Shown one piece after another: positions 38,201 through 51,965 of a DNA stretch of 64,000 nucleotides (the first letter of the stretch is position 1; each line of letters opens with the position of its first letter). The position numbers and the translations under genes were made by a program. The stretch is from NCBI RefSeq assembly GCF_001194135.2, contig NC_068991.1:8589057-8653056 (forward strand), in the 5' to 3' direction. The notes under the pieces were generated by a model, which saw nothing but the letters and a program-made list of their open reading frames with translations, was not told where the DNA came from and ran no database searches. This stretch comes from Octopus bimaculoides (lineage: Eukaryota).

Positions 38201-40757
38201 TATTGCTTGATCATTTTGTGAGGCACTTTGAGTAAGTGTTGTCTACTATAGCCTTGAGTTGATCAATAATCTGTGAGCTGAATTTGGTTCAGCAAAAACT
38301 CTGTGTGTGTGTGTGTGTGTGTGTGTATAAGGATGTTATCTTCCACCAGTTTATACAAGTATAGAAAGTTAACAATAGTGAAACCAAGTCCAATGCACCA
38401 AATTACTAGTACTTTCTTGTCACTCTCACCACCAGGAATACAGACGAGCCAATAATTGGTTCATTGGAAACCTGTAGCCAACAGCATTATCATTCACCAT
38501 GTCTAGTATGAAATAGATAAAAACGGGTATCATTTCATGACATAAGGATTGTAGTCAGCTTCATTATGGTTTGGGCTATTTTTCTTTCTCATGGTTTTTG
38601 AGCTGTGGGGTGGGGGAGAACAAAGACACAAAAACACACATACACATGCACACACACACAGTTTCCATCTATCAAATTCAATCACAAGTCATTAGTTGAC
38701 CCAGGGGTGCCACACACACTAGAAGTGAACTGGAAACCACACGGTTATAAACCCAGGGTGACCAATGCTTTGTGAGTGAATTTATTAGGCAGAAACTGTG
38801 TGTGTATAAGTAAAGGATATTGTTTTTGTTTTTTTTAAAAATATTTATATATTTTTTATTCTTTTCTTGTCTCTTGTAGAATCAGTACATATAAACACTG
38901 GTCTTTTAGCTCTTGGCAATGTTATCAGTTCACTTGCTGACTCAAAGAAAAAAGCCAAACACATTCCTTATAGAGATTCCAAAATTACCAGAATCCTCAA
39001 GGTAGGTTAATGATCAAAACTGTTGCTTAAGAAATTTCAGTGCTGTAAGGTGAAGACTATATAAAACATGCTTTATGAGTTACATATTGTTTTTGACATC
39101 TACAATTCATTTGTAAGACATATACAGTGGAGATCAATAATTCTAGACACTTTCTTGCATTGTTGCTTGTTGGTTTTATATCTCTTTCTGCTCATAATTA
39201 TTTTTTCATTGTCTTTTTCTCATCAACTTATATCTTCAGTATATATATATATATATATACTGAAATATGGTTCTCTCAGTGTGTTATTAATGAAATGCTG
39301 CATTTAATTTGTAATAAAGAAAATTTTTCTCCATAGGCAAAATATCTGTAGAATCTATTTCCAGTGTGATACAGTATTGGACTAAATATCTGGCAAAGTG
39401 GCCTAGATTTCTGGAGTTTCCATTTTTCTGAGAACTGCCTAAATATATACTTAAAATAACTTAGTTACCATTAAGCTAATGTGAGGAACATAAATTGTGA
39501 CTAAGATTTGGTGGAAGATTTTAATTCAGAACTTTTGAAAACAAAATTTTTGTACTACAGGGCCAGAAGTGGTTTCAGCTGGGTTGGTATCAAAAGGGTT
39601 AATGTTTATCAATCTACATATAAAAATGAAGAGCAAATCTAGTTTTAACACCGCATGCATATTTTAACCAAAAACAGGGTTTGTTCGCTCAATTCAAATA
39701 CAATATATTGAATAATATTGCACAATATTCCTGGATTTCTGGGAGCCAGATAAAAGGTCTGTTACTGTATAAATAATGTGTTTGTTGTTTATTTGACATC
39801 ACTATTGTTTTCCTTACAGGATTCCCTCGGCGGTAATGCTCAGACTCTGATGATTTGTTGTGTTAGTCCTGCAGTTTCTGGCTTTGACGAGACCTTGAAT
39901 TCCCTTAAATATGCTAACAGAGTAAGACTGATATTTCTACTTCCTCTTGTTTGTAATTAACAACAGGTTTAACTCGTTAGCACTCAGATCATTCTGTCAA
40001 ACGTGATGCTTATTTATTCACATTGTTTTAAATTAGTTATGTGTTGTCTCATAGCTTTGAGATTTCAATGATGTGATTAATTATTTTCAAGATGACATTG
40101 TGGGGCAGGTGTGAAAGCCCATTTCTGACTGGTTTGAACATAAAACAGGTAGAATATTTTGGGCCAGATATGGCTGGTCTAAATGTTAAGGGGTTAAAAA
40201 ATACTCACAAAGACCACTGGGGTCTTTGTGATTATTTTCACATCTGTTGTTACATCTGAAATAAACCCATCATTAACAGAGATATCCAGTCAATTAGAGG
40301 TTTGCAGGTAACGAGCCTCGATGTGTGTAGGTAACGAGCCTCAAAGGTTTAGTACCAAGTACTGCCACTTCTGCTACTATTTGAATCATCTTCACATTTT
40401 TTGTTTTATCATCTTCATGCATTTACATTTCTTTACATTCTGAGTTCAGATCCCACCCTTTGTCTTTGAATCTTCATGGGTCAATTAAATAAATACCAGT
40501 TGACTACAGGAATCTTTATAATCAATTGTTCCATCTCCTCAAATTTGTGCCTGAGGCAAAAGCACTCCTCCTCCCCCTCCTCCTCGTCGTCATCATCATC
40601 ATGAGTGTTGATAGTATTGTTAGTAGTGATGATGGTGGTGATGACAGCAGCAGTGTAGTGTCAGAGGTACCACCACCTCCACCATCTTTACTACTACTAC
40701 TACTACTACTGCTGCTGCAACTACAACTACAAAAACAGCTACTACTACTACTACTAC

Positions 40758-40794
<37 letters not shown>

Positions 40795-43700
40795 AGTACT
40801 AAACCAGCAATTTTAGTGGGAGGGGTGAAAATCGCTTGACTGATGTTTTATTTTATCAACTCTGAAAGGATGAGAGTCGACCTCAATAGAATTTGAAATC
40901 AAGATGTAATAAGTTGGATTAATAATAATGGCAAATTCACCTTTTTTTTCCTTCCAGGTGAAAGACATCCGAAATAAACCCATCATTAACAGAGATATCC
41001 AGTCAATTAGATTTGAAGAGATGCAGACCGAAATCCTTGTACGTTGTTATAAATATCATCTGATGTTTTTGTTGTTGAAGAACACAATGTCGGTAGATTA
41101 TTCAGAGATTACAATCACACCACAAACATACAGCTCTTATTTAGTTATTGTCAGCTTCAAGGAAAAAAAATGTGTAAAATATCAAAACCGCTGTTGGAGC
41201 TTAAATTAACATTTTTTGTGAGAACTTGTGGAAGAGGTAGATCCAGGAAGACATGGAATAAATTATTCTTGTAACCTACTGACAACCTGTGCAAATTTCT
41301 TAGTTAATTCTGGAATCGGTTATTTTTTTCCTTTTCTTTCACTTTTATTGTCTTCTTCATTAAAGATTCTCCGTAAACCTTCAGATTTCTTTCGTTTCAG
41401 AATTTGCGAGAGGAACTGTCACGTCAACAAACACGTCTGTTCAGCGCTGGCGACGGTGATGGTAACAGCAATAGTGACATTGACAAAGAGAGATTTTCAA
41501 CTCAGAGCAGCAATATAAAGGATATGGAAGACAAAATTCTCAGGTTTAATCATAAAGCCTTTATAGATAGTTGGATGTGTATATGTGTGATTTGTAGAAA
41601 CTCTGCCAAATTTAGATTGGAGCCTGGTGTTGCCATCCGGTTTCACCAGTCCTCAGTCAAATCGTCCAACCCATGCTAGCATGGAAAGCGGACGTTAAAC
41701 GATGATGATGATGATGATGATCATTAGCATTAGATGTGATAGTGGAGGAGGGGGAGTGAGAGAAAAAGAAGCAGAGAGGGATTTTGATGGGACTTGGATC
41801 AAATTTGATCCGATTTCCATCAACATTACACACATAACCCTCAGATGTATACATATTTTAAAGTGTGCTTCTTAAACACTTTTACTCTGCATCTAAATGA
41901 TTGTCAGAACTGGTTTGTCATTTTAACATTTATTCTCACACTCTGAGTGTGCCCCATTATAATGTTCAATACAACATTTCAGTATGTATGCCAGGCTAAT
42001 CTTCTAACGTGATGTCTGAATATTTGTTTGACATGCAGACTGCAAGCAGAGTGCCACCATTATCAGCAATTATCAGAAGAGGCTTACAAACAACTGCTGC
42101 AAATACAAGAACGAGATATTCTATCTAAAAGCCAGAACCTTTCTTTAAATGATTGGTTAGAATTGAGAGAACAGGTGAGTAAACACCAATTTTCTGTTCC
42201 TACACCATAACAATGGGTTTTGCATTTCCTCTCCCTTCCATTTTCTGTGGTCCTTCTTGTTACCGTACAGCTTTTCTTGCAGGCTATTAACCAGTTTTCT
42301 ATATTGCTGTATGTCCCCCCTCTTCTCTTCATCCCTACTTGTTGCTCAAGAGCAGTGGTTATTGGCTTTAACCCTTTAGTATTTAAACCAACCATATCCA
42401 AGACTGACAGTCACTACTGTGGAGCTTTCTTGCTATCCTCTTTGATAAAAGCCGAACCATTCTTAATAACCTGACTGCTTATGCTTGATTGCACTTATGA
42501 CTGTGCAATATTGATAATGTTACTTTATAACCTCACCCACTGTTGTATGGTTGTCCTTAATGTGCAGTTATTTTTGTAGTTGTATAACTTCTCCTATACT
42601 AAATTGTCTTTCTACTACTTAATCCCCCCATTTTTAATGGCCTCTCTCATCACTGTACAACAATCTTCAGTGCTGTTGGGTCTCCCCTGTTATCTACTGC
42701 CACCTCTATTATCTAGCATCATCCTTTGTTGTTGTAAGGATGACACCCTCTGCTATACAGCATCTCCTGTAATTGTGCAGCCTCTCCTATAAATTGTACA
42801 GTCTCTCCTGTTATTGTTCAGCTTTCTCTATTGCTGTAAAGTCATCATGTTACTGTACAGTTTCTGATGTTCTATACATCATACTGTTGTTGTCTTTTAA
42901 CTTTCTCTTTTGTTTCTGAACTGCCAAGCAATAATAAGTTGACAAAAGTGAAATAAGTTAGTTTGCTACAACAAAGAAGAAGGTTCCAATGTTTTTATGC
43001 AGGGCCCTTCATTACAGGGGAAGAGAAATTTCTCACTCATTTGTGAAATGTTTGTTCTTACTATTTGCTGCTACAGACCATCACTAGTTTCCTTGGGAAC
43101 TTTTGCCATACAATAAGGCTTTCTCTGCACTAAGGACCCTTTGTTGTTACTATTTGGCCTTCCTCTATCTGTTAGCTATGGGTATGAACCATTTCTTCTT
43201 TTTTTGCAGATCATGAAGAATGTCACATCTTCTGTCAATATAACTGAATATTGGAATAAACAGAAAATAGAAGAACTTCAAGCTGATATCAAGAAGGTAT
43301 GAAGGACACTTTATGCTGTGTCATCTGATAAGATAGAGTAATGCATAATACACATGATACATACATTCACATTCACATAATGCATATATACACACACACA
43401 CCCAGAGTTTAACTGATACTTATTTTATTGACCCCAAAAGGATGACAGGCAAAGTTGACATGGGTGGAATTTGAACACAGAATGTAAAGATGGATGAAAT
43501 GCCACTGAGCATTTTGCCTGGTGTGCTAATGATTCTGCTAGCTTACCACCTTATATTAAAAACTAACATATTGGATTTAGAAGGTTATCTGCTCATCTAG
43601 AAGTTGTGCAACACTGCACGCTAAGCCAAGTATTATCAGGTTGTTAAGGAAGAGTAGGCCCAAACATTAGGGCAGTGAGCTGGCAGAAATGGTAGCACAT

Positions 43701-46700
43701 CAGACAAAATGCTTAGTAGTTTTCTGAGTTCCAATCCCACTGAGATCAGCTTCGCCTTTCATCCCCTTTGGGGTTTAATGAAATAAAGTACCAGTCAAGT
43801 ATGGGGTTTGATTTAATCAAGTTGTCCCTTCCCTCAAAATTGCTTGCTCTGAACTCTGCAACAGAATGGCATCTTGTTGAGCGGGAATGTGACTTTGGTC
43901 ACTTATATGCCAGGGAAACCAGATGTGGGGCCTTGTGAGTTTTAGGGTTCAAGTAAAATATTAGAAAAAAGATGGTACTAAAAAATTTGAGGTGTGTATT
44001 ATGCATGAATTTTTACATCAAATATGGTGCTGCATAGACACACCTGTGCCAGTGGCATGTAAAAAGCACTCAGCACATTCTGTTAAGTGGTTGGTGATAG
44101 GAAGGGCATCCAGCTATAGAAAACCTACCTCAACAGAGAGTTGGAGTTTGGACAGCTCCCAGCTGGCCAGCTCCACTCTTACCGTCCAACCCATGCCAGC
44201 GTGGAAAATGGACATCAAACAATAACGATGAGGATAATGTTTATTTTATTTTATTTTATTTTAATTATTTAGTGCCAGGAACAACTATCAAGTGATGAGG
44301 AAATATTTATTCAGATGACAAAAGAAAATAACCTACTGAAGGAAAAATTAAAAGAAATGGTAATAACCCTTTCTTTTTTCTTCTCTTTTTTTTTGTACTT
44401 TGAACTGTGAGACATCAGTGTTTCCCTTGTTCCTTTGTTATTAGATTCTTCTTTCCGAAATAGAAGTTTGAATTCTGTTTCTTAAATTCTCTTACAAAGA
44501 GTGAATGCTTGCAAGAAAAAGAACACATTTTGGCACTTTCTGAAGAGAAAGTTAAACAGCAACAACAACAACTTCTTGAACAACAAATACAACTTGATGA
44601 AATGAGGAATTCCCTAAAGGTAAATGGACATTATATTTTAACCCTCAGGGGATGACAGGGCTAATCTGTCGGCTGAAAAGTCAAATAACAAAGAAGATTG
44701 TGTTATTTCATTCAATTTCCTACAAGAATATATATAGTTTTATATATGCAATGTTATTAAATCTTTTAATTGTTTCAGCTTCAAAGCTGAGGTACTACCA
44801 TTGACTATTATTTTATTTTTTATGATTTTCTAAAAAAAAATAATTGCATGCCCTCTGTAGGGCTTGTGAAAAGGGCTCCATCTTCTTGGCACTGAAACTC
44901 CAAATAAGGCTCTGTTTCCAAAGGGTTAATATATTTCTTTTTTAATTGATTTGATCGATGAGAGGGGTGGAGTCTGTATCCATAGTCTTTATAGGCCTGC
45001 CAAAACTAGTGAAATGAATGCAGTTGATATGCTTTTTGGATAATTGCAACTCCAGGTAAAACAGATGAGAGGGGAGTTCTCTAGAGAACTGACATTCTAT
45101 CTGGGAAGGAAGGATTTGGGTGATGTGAGGTGGAGAAGTAAGTGAGCCAGGTAGACCCGGGTGAGCTTGGATGGAGGTGGCATGAGACTGTCTGGCTTAG
45201 AAGAGTAGAGGCAACGGCAGTAATAGTAGAAAAGGCAAAGAAGACAATAGATGGCACATCTGTGGTCTAGAGATTGGAATGTGTTAGTGAGCGACTCTGT
45301 GCCAATCTGGTCACCTATTGCAGAGATTTTTGGAACGTAATACCTCTGCAATAGGTGAAAATCCATGAAGTAGAAACAGTACTGTTTCTACTTCATGTTT
45401 AAAAAATAAAATAGTAATTTGAAGGAAAATATCTCAAAAATCAAAAAAGTAAATTTGAGTTCCTTGTTATGTTTATAGCCTTTTGTTTGAACATGTTATT
45501 TGTGTTATTGGTCCAGCAGTTTAAATTCATTTTTAGCCAATGATTTACATATTAATCACTTTGGAAATTAAAGAAAATTTATTTCACTTGTAGGAATGTA
45601 GTTATCTGAAAGAATGTTTATTTGGAGTTTATTTATCCAATTTTTTTTTAAAATTTAGTCTCCACCTAGTTGTGAAGATGTTCAGACAATTGAAAAACTC
45701 CACATTCGCCCTCAGACTGTACCTATACAATATGTAAGTATTTCCAGAACTTTCTGGCCTCTGAGTTTGACCAAATGAATACTTTACCATATCTGTTATT
45801 TACCTTGAAGCTTTATTGACCAAGAGATTTAGATTTTTGGTTGTTTCTGTGTACCAAAGATAGATTTTTGAATCATCAGTCTTTGAAGAATGTGAAGCTG
45901 CATATTCTGTTGTGTCTGGGGAGAGTCATTCTCTTTTAGTGCCTCTCAATAACTATTGAAAAGGTTGCAAGACCAAGATGCAATGAAAATTTTAGAAAAA
46001 TAAATAAGTAAATGAGTGGAAATTTTACCGGTGAGTGTGTTAAATTATAAGGCACTAAAAGAGAACGACTCTCTCCAGACACAACAGAACGATAATATAT
46101 ATATGTGTCAAAAAGAAAATGATAGTTTAGGAATGTGTCCTTGAGAAAATAGTATTACTATGAGTTGTTTATGTAACCTGATATTCTCTGATAATTCCAG
46201 AGCAGCCTGACATATCTTCGTCCTCCTTCTCGCCAAATACACACTAGTCCGGCCCTCTTCTCTTTGGAACGGATTATGCAGAACTTCCGTGCCCGCAGTC
46301 AGTTGTTGGTTGTGAACTTAGAAGACACTGATGAAGTCCTTCACCTCAGCTTTGATGACACTGGCCAAGGAGATGACATGTCTTTGGATAAAATTCAGTC
46401 TGAAACATTCAAGAAGTAAGCCAAATTCCTGCTCTGTTTCCCTCTATCCTATCATCATCATCATCATCACCGTTTAACGTCCGCTTTCCATGCTAGCATG
46501 GGTTGGACGATTTGACTGAGGACTGGTGAAACCAGATGGCTACACCAGGCTCCAATCTGATTTGGCAGAGTTTCTACAGCTGGATGCCCTTCCTAACGCC
46601 AACCACTCCAAGAGTGTAGTGGGTGCTTTTACGTGCCGACAAAAAGTACTGTACTCCAATCTGTTGGTGACCCTTTGACTCTGTATAAATTTCTATTGCA

Positions 46701-47234
46701 AAACATTTGTACCCAACCCTGTAGTTATGTATCTGTGCATCATAATCATTATCATCAACATTTAATGTCGATTTTCCCTGCTGGCATGGGTTGCACCATT
46801 TGACAGGAGCTGACAAGGTCAGGGACCGCACTAGGTTCCATTGTTTGTTTTGGCTTGATTTCTACAGCTGGATGCCCTAGCAACCCAGAGTGGAGCTAAA
46901 GCAAAAGGGAATTGGATAATGTTTTAAATTAATGACAAAAATGAAAAGTTTGGATGAAGTTGAAAACCTAAATCTGGGATTATTGGACAACATAAATGGA
47001 AATAGGAAGGAATCCCAAAGAGTGATGTTACTTAGAAAACCTCTCTAATTTGTTCTAGCACAGGAAAACAGATTGTAAAATGACGATGATGATGACTAAT
47101 AAACTGAGGCATTGGGAAGGTGGGTTAATGATTTGATGGTAGAAAGATAAGATGAACGTTTTTGTTAATGCTTATAAACTTTTGTATAACCATATACATA
47201 CATACATATTTATACACAGACTTGTAGGCATACA

Positions 47235-47296
<62 letters not shown>

Positions 47297-49297
47297 GTTT
47301 TTTAAAATTGTGTATAATTTCGTGCCAGGACCTATTAGAAGAGTTAAATGTTTCATTTCTGTGTCTTATTCCGCAGAAATCATTCTGAAATCAAGAGGCG
47401 ATCGACATTTAGAGTGGGAAAGTTAAGGTCAGACCAACAGGACACTTTTAAAGAGATTTCTTGTGACCAAGGTATGTATTCATGTATGTACAAACACACG
47501 TACACTCACACACACACACACACATGCACATATCATCACACATATATACAAATGCAGCCATATGCTGTTACACCACTTGTACATGTACACACATAACACA
47601 CATATACACATAGACCCATATGTGTGTGTGTGTATATATATATATCCAAATTGATGGAGTGGAACAGGTAAAGTTCAGGCTACATGTGTTTCCTTGTTAG
47701 CTGTAACAAGATGCATCAAAACGATCGTTGTGAGCCATAAAGTTTCTTGTATATTCCATTCGTCCCCTGTCTAGGGAGGAATTATATATGCCAGCGAAAA
47801 ACAAAACCAGTCTATGCGTTTTATGGAGTGATGTGAACTTAACAGATTGATAAAAATGGTTAATAAGTGAAGAATTCTGCAAACTTCTCTCATCTTCATT
47901 GTTTAACGTCCGCTTTCCATGCTAGCATGGGTTGGACGATTTGACTGAAGACTGGTGAAACCAGATGGCTACACCAGGCTCCAATTTGATTTGGCAGAGT
48001 TTCTACAGCTGGATGCCCTTCCTAACGCCAAACACTCCGAGAGTGTAGGGGGTGCTTTTTATGTGCCACTGGCACGAAGGCCAGTCAGGCGGTACTGGCA
48101 ACGGCCATGCTCAAAATGGTGTATTTTACGTTCCACCTGCACAGGAGCCAGTCCAGTAGCAATGGCAATGACCTCACTCAAATGTCTTTTACTCTAGTAA
48201 AAGAAAATTATTTTCTTTTGATTAGATCCCATCACATGTGAAGTTTCCATTCAACACCTTGAAATGTCCACTACACGAAGTAGACAGCAGTTATCTTCAT
48301 CCAGTTCCATTGAAGAGGAACCACAGAATGAGATGACAGAAGCAGATGCGAAAATGCTTGAATCCAACCAAAAACTGTCCAATTTGGCTTCTAATATCCG
48401 GTAGGTTCCATTTATGATCTTCCAGTTCTTACCTTCTTTTCAGTGTCTTTGAAATTTTCCTCCAAAGTCTCTTGTTTCTTCATCATCATCATTTAATATC
48501 TGCTTTCTATGCTGGCATGGATTGGAGGCGTCAACAAGAGCTCGAGAACCTAAGGACTGCATCGAGCTCCAATATCTGCTTTGGCATTGTTTCTATGGCT
48601 GGATGCCCTTCATAATGCCAGCCACTTTACCGAGTGTACAGGGTGCTTTCTTGCATGGCACCGACACCAGTGAGGTGACCAAGTAACTCACAAGACAAGA
48701 CCTCTCAACAAGCTATGTGCTCGGTAATGAGAAATTAAAGTATGACAAAGGGTCAGAAACAGGTGACTTGCAGTCGTGGGGATAAGTACATGGCTTTTCC
48801 ACTTGGTATGTCCAATAATATAGTAATAATGATAATCGTTTCTAATATAGGCACAAGAAATGGTAGAATTAAGAGGCTTAGTGTCTCATTTTTAAGGACA
48901 TGGTTTTATTTTTGGTATGAGGCTTAGTGCCTCATTGTAAGGACCTTGAGTCCAAATGGAACATTAGTAAGAGCTTTATTACCTCAAATTGTATGTTTAC
49001 AAAAGATCAAATGTTTTAGAGAAGCAGAGATCAGCAGGTGTCTTCTGCCTTCCCTCATTAATACCATTAGGTTTTCATCATTCATCTCATTAATGCTATT
49101 GTCCGGCCCGCAGCTATTACTTCTATGTAATGCCTTGATGACAAATTGAATGAAATAAAGTAGCTTGCTTGCCAGCCACATGGTTCCCGGTTCAGTCCCA
49201 CTGTGAGGCACCTTGGGCAAGTGTCATCTACTATAGCCTCAGGCCAACCGAAACCTTGTGAGTGGTTTTGGTAGATAGAAACTGAAAGAAGCCCGTC

Positions 49298-49343
<46 letters not shown>

Positions 49344-50537
49344 GTGTGTGTATATGTGTCCGTGTTTTTCCCCCCCATCATCGCTTGACAACTGATATCT
49401 TTGTGGTTCAGCAAAAGAGACCAATAGAATAAGTACTAGGCTTACAAAGAATAAGTCCTGGGGTCGATTTGTTCGACTAAAGGTGGTGCTCCAGCATGGC
49501 CGCAGTCAAATGACTGAAACAAGTAAAAGAATAAAAGAATTATTTGTTCTACTTGTCTTTCAGGATGAAAGAACAGTTTATTCGGGAACTTGTTAAGAAA
49601 GGTAAAGATGCAACATTACTAAACAGACAATATGTACAGAAAATTAAGGAACAAGAAAAGGTTGGTTCGTTTCTCACTTGTCTTTGGTTTTTAAATTCTT
49701 AAATCTTTTTTTTTTTATCTATTTAATCCTTTAATATTTAAACTGGCCATATCAGGTCCAAATATTCTACCTGTTTTATGTTCAAACCAGCCAGAGCTAG
49801 CCTCTCACACCTAGCCTACAATGTCATTCTAAAAATCAACACTCGCATCATTAAAATCTTGTTGTTGTTGGCACTCCATCGCTTATGACGTCGAGGGTTC
49901 CAGTTGAACAGCCTGCTCGTGAAATTAACGTGCAAGTGGCTGAGCACTCCACAGACACGTATACCCTTAACGTAGTTCTCGGGGATATTCAGCGTGACAC
50001 AGAGTGTGACAAGGCTGACCCTTTGAATTACAGGCACAACAGAAACAGGAAGTAAGAGTGAGAGAAAGTTGTGGTGAAAGAGTACAGCAGGGTTCGCCAC
50101 CATCCCCTGCTGGAGCCTCGTGGAGCTTTAGGTGTTTTCGCTCAATAAACACTCACATCGCCCGGTCTGGGGATCGAAACCGCGATCCTATNNNNNNNNN
50201 NNNNNNNNNNNNNNNNNNNNNNNNNNNNNNNNNNNNNNNNNNNNNNNNNNNNNNNNNNNNNNNNNNNNNNNNNNNNNNNNNNNNNNNNNNNNNNNNNNNN
50301 NNNNNNNNNNNNNNNNNNNNNNNNNNNNNNNNNNNNNNNNNNNNNNNNNNNNNNNNNNNNNNNNNNNNNNNNNNNNNNNNNNNNNNNNNNNNNNNNNNNN
50401 NNNNNNNNNNNNNNNNNNNNNNNNNNNNNNNNNNNNNNNNNNNNNNNNNNNNNNNNNNNNNNNNNNNNNNNNNNNNNNNNNNNNNNNNNNNNNNNNNNNN
50501 NNNNNNNNNNNNNNNNNNNNNNNNNNNNNNNNNNNNN

Positions 50538-50604
<67 letters not shown>

Positions 50605-51924
50605 TGTGTGTCCTCTTCCAGGCTGGATGGATGATTGGCCAAGAAGCTCCTGTATGGTTTCAGAAGCAGTTCTAATGGGTGGCCTCTTGGGCAAGTGTCT
50701 TCTACTACTGCCCTGGACTGACCAATATACCTTGTGAGTGATTTTGGTCGACAGAAACTATGTGGAAGCCCATCATATATATATATATATATATACGTGT
50801 GTGTTTGTGTTTGTTCTCCACTCTGCCACTTTACAACTGTGTTTGTTTGTTTATGTCCCTACAACTACGTGGCTTGGCAAAAAGGACCAATAGAATATGT
50901 ACCACACTTATAAATAAGTACTGGGATTGACTTGGAGGTTTTGCCCCAGCATGGCCAGAATCCCAATGACTGAAGCAGCTAAAAGATATATTTATAGAGA
51001 CATGTTCTTTTACTCGTTTATTTGTTTCAGTCATTTGACTGCGACCAAGCTGGAGCACCTCCTTTAGCCGAACAAATCGACCCCAGGACTTATTCTTTGT
51101 AAGCCTAGTAGTTATTCTATCGGTCTCTTTTGTCGAACCACTAGGTTATGGAGATGTAAGCACACAAACTTCGGTTGTCAAGTGATGGTGGGGGGGGACA
51201 AACACAGGCACATATATATATGTGGAAGGTTCGCTAGTATGGGCCACAAGTTTGATATCAATAAACTTACCAGCAACACCATTTACAAAGTGTGGGGATG
51301 TGATTCGTTTATCACTGATTAATTAATCACTTTTCTTCTTTTTTTAACTAAACCTTCGTGATAAACGCGAATAGATGTGTAGATGGGCAACAAACAAGGG
51401 AGGCTACTTAGTTATATAGTCACTGCTCGTAGTTCACTGACCGTCAGTTATCTAACTTAGTGCCGCTATGTTGTTATCTTTGCAGGATGTATTTAAAGAA
51501 GATTGAGGATGCAGAACAGAAGATCTCTACCTTGCGGAAGCAACAGAAGGAAACAGTCAAAGTCGCCAACATTACATCACAAAATGAGAAAAAGTAAGTT
51601 AACGATGATTCACACCAATGTTAATTCAGGTTTTGACACAGCAACAAGAGCAGCAAAGGAAACCAATGTGTCTGTACACATATATATATACAGACACACA
51701 CACACACACACGAGAATCATCACCATCATCATTCATTTCATTTTAACGTTCACTCTTCCATGCTCAGATGGAGTTTATTGGGGCAGATGTTTTACAGGTG
51801 AAGGCCCTTCCTGTCACCAACCCTCACCTGTTTCCAAGCAAGCTAATATTTTCTCATGACAGCATATTGGAAACAAATGTATTGTATGACAGCGACAGCG
51901 ATTTACAACTCCATACGATGTCAA

Positions 51925-51965
<41 letters not shown>

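Noticed and set aside
44779-44791. Candidate 13-nt microexon (tttcag|cttcaaagctgag|gtacta)
   Set aside because: Gives an in-frame TGA and shifts the frame; exons 16 and 17 already join in phase 0.
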